Shown piece by piece: positions 53,474 to 64,000 of a DNA stretch of 64,000 nt (positions are counted from its first letter, which is position 1; the number at the start of each line of letters is the position of its first letter). The notes beneath the pieces were generated by a model. The model was given only the letters and a program-made list of their open reading frames with translations. It was not told the origin of the DNA and ran no database searches. The stretch comes from Podarcis bocagei (Eukaryota). The stretch is taken from assembly GCA_964188305.1 (NCBI GenBank), contig OZ076896.1. The stretch is one strand, 5' to 3'. Made by a program: the position numbers and the translations under genes.

Positions 53474-53775
53474 CAGTGGTACCTCGGGTTACATACACTT
53501 CAGTTTACATACGCTTCAGGTTACAGACTCCGCTAACCCAGAAATAGTGCTTCAGGTTAAGAACTTTGCTTCAGGATAAGGTTACATACGCTTCAGGTTA
53601 CAGACTCCGCTAACCCAGAAATAATGCTTCAGGTTAAGAACTTTGCTTCAGGATAAGAACAGAAATCGTGCTCCGGAGGCACGGCAGCAGCAGGAGGCCC
53701 CATTAGCTAAAGTGGTGCTTCAGGTTAAGTATGGACCTCCAGAACGAATTAAGTACTTAACCCGAGGTACCACTG
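53474..53775. mobile_element. Tigger/pogo-like MITE family A with an internal 77-bp tandem duplication
   Basis: Same TIRs and TA TSD as 17441-17658; 53504-53580 is repeated at 53581-53657. Confidence 0.92.
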
Positions 53776-54223
53776 TATTTAACACTGAATCAGAGCAAAT
53801 GGTGATCTGTGGAAAACCAATAAATTGTTATCTGAATAATCATAGGTCCTAGATTTGAATATGCTTTTATTTTAAAGAATCTTTTGTAACAGAGCAATCC
53901 TATCCCCCCTCTCAGGTTGTTGGTAACAGGGTATGTGTGTTACATAGGGTTTTTTCTGTCAGAGGAAAGGAACTCTTTGGTGTTCCTTACCTATGCCAAC
54001 CTGGAAATGGTGTAACAAAAACTGAAAGGAAAAACAACAACTACCCTACCACTCACTTTCCACCCAGAATGGCGTGAGCTGGAAGAGCCTTGGCTGCAAC
54101 AGTGTATCTACTGCCCTGTTCCTCTCAGGTTATGATTACTCTGCCTGTCACTTGGACAGCCTCACAGGGCTATAAAGCGCAACATTTAAGTATTCTAAAT
54201 AAAAAGCAGACTATTTTAGTGTA

Positions 54224-54585
54224 CAGTGGTGCCCTGCAAGACGAATGCCTCGCAAGACGAAAAACCCGCTAGACGAAAGGGTTTTCCGTTTTTCAATGCG
54301 CTTCGCAAGACGAATTTCCCTATGGGCTTGCTTTGCAAGACGAAAACGTCTTGCGAGTCTTGCAATTTTTTTCGCTTCCCCCCCTTTTTGCTAAGCCGCT
54401 AAGCCGCTAAGCCGCTAATAGCCTTTTAGCTGCTAAGCCGCTAAGCCTTTAATAGCCACTAAACCGCTAAACCGCTAATAGCGCTAATCCGCTAAGCCGC
54501 TAATAGGGTTGCTTCGCAAGACGAAAAAACCACTAGACGAAGAGACTCGCGGAACGGATTATTTTCGTCTTGCGAGGCACCACTG
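54224..54585. mobile_element. Tigger/pogo-like MITE family B (opposite orientation to 17947-18290)
   Basis: TIRs cagtggtgccctgcaagacgaa / ttcgtcttgcgaggcaccactg, TA TSD, internal (GCCGCTAA)n. Confidence 0.9.
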
Positions 54586-54678
54586 TATAAAGTGGAACTC
54601 TTCATAAGTCAGGTGCCCCATTGTGAAATTCCTGTGGCAAAAGCAAATGACATGGTGGGGTATTTGCACCACACCAAC

Positions 54679-54807
54679 NNNNNNNNNNNNNNNNNNNNNN
54701 NNNNNNNNNNNNNNNNNNNNNNNNNNNNNNNNNNNNNNNNNNNNNNNNNNNNNNNNNNNNNNNNNNNNNNNNNNNNNNNNNNNNNNNNNNNNNNNNNNNN
54801 NNNNNNN
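54679..54807. other. Assembly gap (129 N)
   Basis: Run of N. Confidence 1.
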
Positions 54808-55105
54808 TCTGCCTGGGTTTCCCCAATCCCTCTGGGTGGCTTACAGCACATATAAAAACATAGTAAAATGTCAAACATTAAAAACTTCGTGATACAGGAT
54901 GGCCTTTGGATGTCTTCTAAAAGTTCTATAGTTCTTTATCTCCTTGACATCTTATGGGAGGGCTTTCCACAGGGAGGGTGCCACTCTTGAGAAGGCCCTC
55001 TCTGCCTGGTTCCCTGTAACATCACTTCTCACAGTGAGGCAACTGCCAGAAGACCCTTGGAGGAGGACCTCCAGGCTAAGTGATGGGGGTGGAGACACTC
55101 CTTCC
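54808..55105 (-). mobile_element. L2-type LINE 3' fragment
   Basis: gggagggctttccacaggga.ggtgccact..gagaaggccctc and ctctgggtggcttaca motifs, typical of L2 3' ends on the minus strand. Confidence 0.6.
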
Positions 55106-56770
55106 AGTAAGCAGTAGTGACACAACTGACCAGAGACCAGGCAAGTCCCACCACACCATCAACTACTTGTTAATGGTAACAGTAGCTAAAGCTGGTTCAG
55201 ACTTAATATTAACCAAGGAAGTAAAGTGTATTCCCCAATTCCCTAGTCATAGGATAGAGCAGGCTTCTTTATATGTCTGAATTGGACCACTGTGTTTGTC
55301 ATAAATTACTACTATGCTGAATTTTGGGAGCTGACCACATAATCTGAGAGATTCTTCCAAGATCTGATAGTCAATTGCATGAGTAAGACGTGACAAGTCC
55401 CCCGTTCTACTCTAGCTTGAGGCCAGTGTACTCCTGCCAAAGTTCAATAGCATTCTGCCTGCTATTTGTGTAAAAGAAAACTCCTATTACACTAATTCCA
55501 TGTCTAAAAAATCACAAGGTTACTACTAAACTGACTGCAGCTTTGCTAAGATGTGTAGGACTCTGTGTGCTTCATAAACATAAATGTTCCCTCTCTTTTT
55601 CATTAAAAAGTTGTGCTGGATGCTAACTGCAGTCTTGTTTATAGACTAGTTGACCTCTGTGTTTTCCAAGAGTTGCCATGAAATTTAAAAAGCATTTAAA
55701 AATGTTATATGGGGGAAAGGGCATAAAACTTCTTAAGAATTTAATTGAAGACAGGGTCAGTTCACATATGGCTCAGTCATTTAGGTTCTGCATGCAGCAG
55801 GCTGTGGAAATGAACTTAGGCCTATCATGCATATAACCTTTAATGAGAACCATATGCACATAAGTGCCTACTCAGCAGCTATGTGCTGGTTAAACTATCA
55901 CTCCACATTTGTTACAGGAAATACATACAAGCAAGAAAGGATTGGGGCCCCATCCACATGATCAGGGCCAACATCAGTGCCTGGCATTCTCAGGCACTTG
56001 CTTAGCACCCACACATACTGATACCAGCTCAATATACCAGTACTGACACCACATTTTGGAGGAACCCTGGGTAAGATGACTTCAGTGTGTCTTTCTCTCC
56101 CCACCCCCTAGGTGGCTCTCACTGGCATTCATTTGCTCTATTCCCTCCAGGTTTAATATGTACAAACATCTTCTCATTTTTGCCACTGCTCACATGTTCA
56201 GTGAGCATGGATGAAGAAGCAGTGGTGACAAGGAGAAACAGCAGAGTCTACAATGGTCCCCCTGCAGACAATGCTTACACCAGTCCACCCACGTATCCCC
56301 CTTGGCTTGTTTTTACACTGCAGGAGGTGACTACAAGCCATTTGCTATTTTAAACCTCCCTCAGTGCCTTGATGTAGCAGCATAAATGTAAAATGGTAGG
56401 CTGTTCACAGCCACCTGCCACAGATTGCAGTGCCATCACAGCTGCTGCCCATGACTGCTGCCAACAAGCTCACTAGGGGTGTGTGCACCTATGATTTTTT
56501 TGAGGGGGTGGAGAACATCAGGCAGCACATCAGCCAGAAGTTAAGTGCAACTGGGACCAACTCTGCATATAATGCATTTTAAAAGGGCAAAATGTTAATT
56601 CACACACGGCTGCATATATATTTTGTATTTGCTATCACAACCCAAAATACAAAATGTCTAGCAACAAGAAGTTCTGACTTTATGTAAAATAGAAAAAGAA
56701 CACCAAAAGACTTCCATACAATGGGGCTTTATTGTAGTGCTTAAAAACTATATATAAAGGTCTGGTGACT

Positions 56771-56860
56771 TCTGTTTCACTGTATCTGAAGAAGTGTGCA
56801 TGCACATGAAAGCTTATACCAAGAACAAACTTAGTTGGTCTCTAAGGTGCTACTGGACAT
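56771..56860 (+). mobile_element. Penelope-like element terminal-repeat fragment
   Basis: ctgaagaagtgtgcatgcacatgaaagcttatacc...ttagttggtctctaaggtgctactgga resembles reptile Penelope-type pLTR ends (from memory). Confidence 0.65.
56782..56819 (+). ncRNA. Minimal type-I hammerhead ribozyme motif
   Basis: GTAT (stem I)-CTGAAGA-A-GTGTG[CATG]CACAT (stem II)-GAAA-GC-TT-ATAC (stem I'). Confidence 0.6.
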
Positions 56861-59800
56861 TTTTTTTATTTTTCACACATAAACTAAATAATTTTTTTTA
56901 AAGCACCACAATATCACACTATCCTCCTTCTCTGTGTATTGTTTTCTTGAGACCATTAGGTCAATCATTTCCAAGTCTAGTCAGTCAAGCAGGTGTTGGC
57001 TTATCATAGTACAAATGGACTTACTGTAGCAGTACTGTACCAAAGAAAATGCAACAAACTGGTGAGGACTGTTGTCTTGATACTGCTATGAGTTTTTGGG
57101 TGCCTTGACTCCCCTGAATTCCTGGATCTAGTGGGTGTTGGAATTTAATCAATGCTTGGAGTATTGGGATGGGCTGCTATATGCTGAATTTTGCAGGAAA
57201 TTGGTGTTTCTCCTTGCTTACTTCCCCCTGAAGTCTCCTCTCCCTCCACCCAAATCTGCTCCTTGATATGTCCCTGGAACAGGGAACTATGCCCACTGTT
57301 GGGCTGTGATGGTTAATTTCATCCTCATTAAAACCAACTGTATTTTATTTATTTATAAAGAAATAAATAAATTAGCAAGAAAAAAGGGGGGGAGGCTAAA
57401 GGCTATCCATACTTTTTCTCCTGCCTGGCATGAGTCCAGCAGGACTTGGAAGTGATGGTTATTCTGCCAGACTCCCCCTCCACACTCCAACCTCAGTAGA
57501 TTGCTCTGCCTGGAATCTTACTCCCAAGGCAACTTTGCATAGGGTTGCAGCTCAACAATCAGATCCTATACATATGTAAATCTCTTTAAATTAAACGAAG
57601 CTTACTTCCAAGTCAGTCTGTACTGGACTGCAGCCATTTTAAAATATTGATGAACAAATCCATTTCTGGTTCATAATGAATTGGGATAAATTATCTTCTA
57701 TATAATATTACATATTTTTGCACCTTTGCAATTTGACACTTGCTTTTGATAGCCTTAAAACATGAAAATATTAGCATTAAGAATACCTAGGTTTATACTA
57801 AACTTTGTCCTTTCTGTGGCTTACTGCCAGTAGCTCACACTCCCTGCAGTCTTTGACTTTCTGCTTTCATTTTATTTGTGCACAGTGAATGCAACAGTGT
57901 ACATTTCTCCTCCGGTGGCATGTTCCATTACTCTGTAGGGGCTTAAGGCAATGGGATATCAGGTCTGGAAGGTCACATTACTGATGTACTTACATCTGTG
58001 TAAACCCACAGAGTGTGTAGGAGTAACACAACAAATATGTCCTTATTCTTTCTCCAAAGGTACGTGCAGCCTGTCTCACATGTACCTTTCTTTGAAACAC
58101 AACTCATTATTTACATTCTCTTTCTCTATTGTTTTCTACAATGCTGTCTTTTCTCTTTATACTCAACACGAAATATAAGTAACATGGGAAAAACTCCAAA
58201 ATGAATTTCTTGCTTACATTTTCTTAGAGCAATGCAACCTACACTACAGAAGCAGAACATTTGCTTTATCTTACCATGTTTGTCTTGGGGAAGCATAAAC
58301 AAATTGCAGACCATGAATTCATGAAACATGATCCAAAGCTTGTAATGAGAATGTGGAGACCATGCACGCTATGAAGCTGCAGAATGCACGCTATTGTGAC
58401 ATTCTTTAGTCAAAGGCAATTTAGTCTAGTCCAGCATTTCCAAACTTCTGATGGTTGAGGCACACAATTCTGAATAAAAGCTGCAGAGAAGATCTACATA
58501 TAGCTGAAAAAGTTTTCACAGCACACATTGGAAAATGTTGCTTTAGCAACACACTGCTCATCGGCCTTACATTGACAAGTCATATGCTAACCAAGTCTGA
58601 ATCAAGGAAGTGTGTCGCTTAAGCACAGAGATGGAGAAACTTTGGCCCAGCTCCTGGATATGTTACTTTGCTGAAAAGCATCCACCTTGGATTCTCTGAG
58701 AGGTATGAAGACACATATTGGGCCAGCTGAAAGCTGCCTGATCTCTTCTTCCTTCTCTAGCACTGGGCAACCTCTTAGTTGAATAAGGGTTACTTTGAAA
58801 TAACAAATCATGCCCTCCATATTCACAATAATGGCTTGGGATTCTATGTCTAAATTGTGAGTGGAGGTTTCATGGCTGGCTGCCTAGTCCAGGGGAGAGA
58901 CAGAGTGAAAGAGAGCAGAAGGAAGGGGAGAAGCTTAGGTGTTTAGTAGGAAACCACAAAGTGCATTTCCCCTAGCTATCTATTAGTTGCAACCCTGTCC
59001 TCTACTGACTGGAGGCATGCAAAGTTGCTTATACTCAACATAATCAGCATTTGGACTTGTGGTTTTTTTTAACTTGTTCACAAATGGACTACAGTTAGAA
59101 GTGAGCAGTGAGGAAGTAAAGTTTGCTGATGATACAAAATTTGTTCAAGTTAGTTAAAACTTGTGCACTCTAAACTGATCTATCCGAAGTGGGTAAATGA
59201 GCAGAAAAATAGCAAATGTATGCACGTATAAAGTAACAGATATTTGGGTCAAAATATCCAAATTTCACAAATATGCTAATAGGATTCAAACTAGTAATGA
59301 CTGATCAGACATTGAGTGTAGTGGACAGCTCAATGAAGATGCCGACCTAGTCTTTGTAAAATGTGAATTCCATGTTAGGGATTATTAGGAAAGGAATCAA
59401 AAGTAAAAACACCTATGTCGTCTTGCCAGCATACAAATTCATAGTGAGACTACACTTGAAAATACTGAGCATAGTTCTGATTGCTTCACATACACAAGGA
59501 TATTGTGGAACTGGAAGAGGTTAAGAAAAGGCAGCCAAAATGATCCAAGAGGTTGGAGTAACTCCCATAAGAGGAAAGGTTACAACCTTTGCGTCTTTTT
59601 AGTTAAGAAAAGCAAGAAAGAAGTGGCATGATAGAGTTGTGTAAAATTATGCACCACGTGGAGAAAGTGGATAGAGAAAAGTTGTTAATCCTCTCATGAT
59701 TCTACAACTCTGGGACCATCCAATGAAGCTGAGTGTTGGCAGATTCAAGACAGACAAAAGAAACTACTTCTTCAAACAGTGCATAGTTAAGCTATGGAAT

Positions 59801-59930
59801 CTGCTCCTGCTAAATATAGTGATAATCACCAATTACAGTTGGACAGTTATAATGTGGCTGTTAATGACCATTAGCTATGATAGCTATACACTACCTCCGT
59901 ACTGTTAGAGACAGTATGCCTCTGAATAAA

Positions 59931-60772
59931 GGGACACGGGTGGCGCTGTGGTCTAAACCACTGAGCCTCTTGGGCTTGCCAATCAGAAGGTCAGCAGTTC
60001 GAATCCCTGTGATGGGGTGAGCTCCCGTTGCTCTGTCCCAGTTCCTGCAAACCTAGCAGTTCGAAAGCATGCCAGTACAAGTAGATAAATAGGTATGGCT
60101 GCGGCGGGAAGGTAAACGGCGTTTCTGTGTGCTCTGGTTTCTGCCAGAAAACAACAACTATGCTTGGCGTTTCTGTTGTGCCAGAAGCTGTTTAGTCATG
60201 CTGGCCATAGGACCCGGAAAGCTGTCTGTGGCCAAACGCTGACTCCCTTGGCCTGAAAGTGAGATGAGCACCGCAACTCCATAGTCACCTGTAATGGGTT
60301 TAGGGGTTGCTCGTGCGTAAGTTGCCGCCACTCCTGGCTAGGTTACCTGGTTAACCCTTTCTGACTGAGCAGCCTCCAGCATCGTGACTGTCTCAGTCGC
60401 TGGCAGAATCCGTCAGTGGGCGTTTCTTAAACCTTTTCCAGCATAAAAGTTGTTTGACGCCAAGTCTCCTCCTACTCTCCCTGTGCGGAAGTCTTCTGCG
60501 CAGGGAGGGTGTGGGCAGCGGAGTACCCGTACTCTCTCTGCTGGTCTCCAACGAAGAGTCTTGGAGCCTCCTCCCCGATTCCCCCACCTGCCCCCCTTCT
60601 CCACTGGTGTTACGCTGATTTCCTTCCCCAGCAGATGGGCTGCCTCTCTCCCTACTGGGACCCTCTCCTGCATCCCTTTGGAGCCTTCCCTCCACCTCTA
60701 GCTCCGATGGCAATTCCCTGACATCACCTTTGATTGGACTTGGTCATCCAGGGGCCTTTACCCTTTTTACCC
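59931..60772 (+). mobile_element. Sauria SINE split by a solo LTR (59931-60289 and 60729-60772)
   Basis: Head gggacacgggtggcgctgtggtctaaacc; the tail ccaggggcctttaccctttttaccc resumes after the LTR. Confidence 0.9.
60290..60723 (-). mobile_element. Solo LTR (Gypsy-like), 434 bp, containing a 109-codon open frame
   Basis: TGT...ACA ends, perfect 5-bp TSD TCACC (60285-60289 / 60724-60728), homologous to 40203-40635. Confidence 0.9.
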
Positions 60773-63700
60773 TTGAGTACTATTTGCTGGAAATTATGTT
60801 GGAAGAGTGCTTATTGCACTCAATTCCTGCTTGTGGACTTCTTATAGGCATCTGTAGTTGGTCACTGTGAGAACAAGGCGCTGGATTGGATGGGCCTTTT
60901 GTCTAACTCAGCAGTGCTCTTCTTATGCTGTTAATTAAAAATAGCTGCCTCTTTCTTTTCCTCTTCTCCAAGCAATGCTGCTATTTGGCAAAATAACAAC
61001 CTGACACTCAATACTAGAGCAATGAGATGAATAAGTTCTGCCAAAAGGCAGTAAGAGGCTGCAGGCTATTCTTTGGGATATGAAAGACCTGAGCTTTCCC
61101 CTCGTGGATTCAGGTGGGACACTCACATAAGATGACAATTGGATGGAAATGTGTAGTAGAATGGAAATCTGTGGCTAAAGCATCCTGCAACCCAGTTGCC
61201 ATTTTTCCAACTTTACAAGTACATTTTGTGTAATCTCTTTTCTTGAAGACTTTCATGAAAGGGCTGGACAAGTATCTGTCAAAGATACTTTTGATATAGG
61301 AAGGATATGCTGTCTTGGGACAACGGGTAGAATTAGACAGGTCACCTCAAACCTACTTCACTAAATTCATCCCAGCTGTAAAATCTGAGCATAATTTTTT
61401 CCATTCAGTATTTGTCAGTGATTTCCAAACAGTATTTGTCAACTATAATTTTAAGATTACACTACTCAAACTTGAAAACTTGGAATTCAAGCTACAGCTC
61501 TGGGAGAAGCAGATGTTAGTGCTGAGACAAATCTGTGATCGTCTGAAGCAAAACTGTATACTTACTACAGAACTAAAGCAATTGTGAGTTCACACTCCCA
61601 ACCCCCCCCCTCTATATATAAAGTTGGCTTCCTATGCATGATATGAAATGACAGATTCCTTGTATATCTGGGAAACTTTTTCTTAAGTCATTAAATAGCT
61701 TTCTGCTAGATCTTTCAATTTGTTCATGTCCCATATCAAAATGAATAGCATATTTGAATAAAAATATACTTAATGTCTATCATAGCACTAAGCAAAGGAC
61801 TTGTAGCCAAGAATGCTCATTTGAATTCTGACTTTATCAACCATTTTGTCATGTGGCCTCAAACAAGCCGTTTAGCCAGGAGCTCCAGAGAATGGATGGT
61901 TTTCCAGAGTTTCCTATTTCTCCAACTAGGACAACAAAGGAATACAAATATGGATGGTTCATACAGTTGCTTAATATTTGCTGCTTAAGACTGGAGATTT
62001 AGGGTTTGTCCACATTGGAGTTTCCTGCATGTTTGTAACTGTTTGTGTTCCCATTTAATTTGTGTAGTTCACATAATGTTGCTCTCAAATAACACCAGTC
62101 AAAAAGCTTTTCCTGTAAATCAGGATTTACCCAGTTTGAGGATAATTCAGTAAGTCCAGGAAAATCAGGCTGCAAACCACTCAAATTGACCTTTGAGGAG
62201 GGGGGGGGTGTTCTCCACCTCCCCATCCCTTCCCCCATTATTATTATTTTGAAAATGTCAGCAATTGTACATAAAGCTGCAATCAACCTGTAATTAGAAA
62301 GCAGGGTGAGATACAAAAGGGAATGCCTACTTGTGTAAATGGGAAAAACCAAAGTTGCTTCTTGTATAAACTTTCCAGGTAGTAGACAACAATTGGAATG
62401 GGCCCACCTGGCACAGAGGCATGCTGGGGAAATGATGTTGGATACTTGCATCCTCAGAGTGTCAACCTAAGTTCTCTGGTTCAACACCCTAGTAAAATGT
62501 TTTTAAAAGCAATAGAGATGCTGGCAGCCTGTTTCAGTCCCATTAAGTCCTCTGGGGCCCATGGATCCTGGAATTTACCTGACCGTGCTGCCGCTTTGCT
62601 TGTGCTGCCACTCTTATGTTCAAAATTTTTCCCTCCTGAAGCTGCTACACATTTTTGCAAGCTATTTCCCTTAATATAATGCATTTTCTATGTTGTTTCT
62701 AGTAATACATGCATTTCTTTGCACAATTTCTAGTTATTAAACACATTTTTGTACACTTTTGGTGGGAAAACTACATCACACAATCTGTAAAAGTGCCAAT
62801 TTCAACAAATAGCTGCATTTTGGTTCACATACTGTTTGGGGAAGGGAGAATTGGTTAGCACCATCTTTACAGTTACTGAGGACTCCATTTTCTTAAAATC
62901 ACAGCAGCACATTGACCCTATGCTACTTTTCTGGTGTAAATGTCACCCCTCAAGTTGCACCCCAGCACCACTGCTAAAGTAGAAATGTAAGGAAATCTGA
63001 TGATCAATGGTATAAATTGGTCATGTTACTGCTTCAATCACATCCAAGGGGCTTTGATTTTCATTATTTTCCCCTTGGCCATAGCCCAATGTCTTCCTTA
63101 ACTTCAAACTGTTGTCCCTTGTGTTCCTTGTTTTCCCATCTTAAAAGGCTGCAATTAGCTCTAATGTATGATAATAATTCATACCTAATGCAAAGAAGGT
63201 CAAACAGAAATTTAATCTCCTGCTATATATCTTTAAATATGGAATAGTGCCCAGACACAATTCATCTCTAAGTGTGTGTGCAGGGCCCCTGTGACCTTTG
63301 ATTCATCCCTCAAAACCACAGCACATTATATTTTCTTTCCACAAGCTGAACAAGCAATCCATGAGAAAAATGTAAAACTGTTGCATGCTTCTACATAATA
63401 TTTAAAATGCTACCAGATTTAAAAATAGCACCATAAACAGAACAAAACAAAAACAAAAAAATCCAGGAATGCCAGTAATATTTAACCCACTACTCATTGC
63501 TGGCTTCAGGTTTTGGAGGGCCCTTGAGCAAGACATTTTCTGTGGGACAGCCCGGCCACCCACAGGAACAAATCTTGCTCTTTGGCTTCATTATCACCAG
63601 TTACTGATGCTCATCCTTATCATTTCTAACGCTTGCTTGCATGCCAGGCAGAGAGCCAATAAACAAGCATGCAGGAACATTTAATGACCCTCCTTTGCCC

Positions 63701-64000
63701 AAGCAAGAGGCAGATGACCAAACAGGTTGCAATGAGGAGGAGGAGCTGGTCCAGACAGTGGGGTGCTCAGTAGATGCATTTTCTAGAAAAATAGGTGTCA
63801 AAACTCACCATGAACACCTCCCCTGTTCTCTTATAATGGCAATGGTGCTCGCCTGAGAGGTGCCGGAACTAAGTTCCTGTGAGTTCCTGCTGAAAAAAGT
63901 ACTATGCAATATTAGAGGGCTCCACATCCTTTATCTCCCTTCTGTAAGGCACTTGAGGATTGGAAGGAGGAGACATTTGAGTGCAATGAGAAGGAAGCAG

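Larger units (their letters stand above)
59080..60930 (+). mobile_element. Degraded CR1 LINE 3' portion, interrupted by a Sauria SINE and a solo LTR
   Basis: aagtttgctgatgatacaaaa (KFADDTK), ttcaagacagacaaaagaaactacttcttc (FKTDKRNYFF); resumes at ~60775 and ends ...tcttatg. Confidence 0.8.

Noticed and set aside
54592-54892. ORFs spanning X residues
   Set aside because: Artefacts of the N gap.

Overview
Eukaryotic, AT-rich, repeat-rich genomic DNA from a squamate reptile. Sauria SINEs, a BovB LINE and lizard-type MITEs suggest a lacertid lizard (inference). The only host protein-coding content found is the 3' half of the natriuretic peptide clearance receptor gene NPR3 (NPR-C) on the + strand. 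It has five coding exons (15099-15234, 19463-19557, 22035-22167, 24424/24427-24511, 25397-25508), all GT-AG and in phase, equivalent to human exons 4-8. A probably long 3' UTR follows (to ~27.7 kb or ~32.2 kb). Bases 1-15098 are the preceding intron and ~32.3-64 kb is intergenic. The rest is transposon-derived: BovB, CR1, L2 and L1 fragments, Sauria and other tRNA-derived SINEs, Tc1/mariner and hAT-type MITEs, three solo LTRs and a Penelope-like fragment. Almost all ORFs in the supplied track are spurious. Most notable: (1) two diverged ~433-bp solo LTRs with 5-bp TSDs keep the same 109-codon frame, with a strong excess of synonymous changes in an Arg/Lys-rich C-terminus; (2) a minimal hammerhead-ribozyme motif in a Penelope-like fragment; (3) an Arg-to-Trp change in the NPR-C Gi-activating motif; (4) a NAGNAG acceptor switching Ser-Gly and Cys; (5) an intact BovB 3' portion apparently fused to its own 5' tip inside an ERV LTR. 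There are no prokaryotic features or CRISPR arrays. Repeat family names come from recalled consensus motifs, not from a database search.
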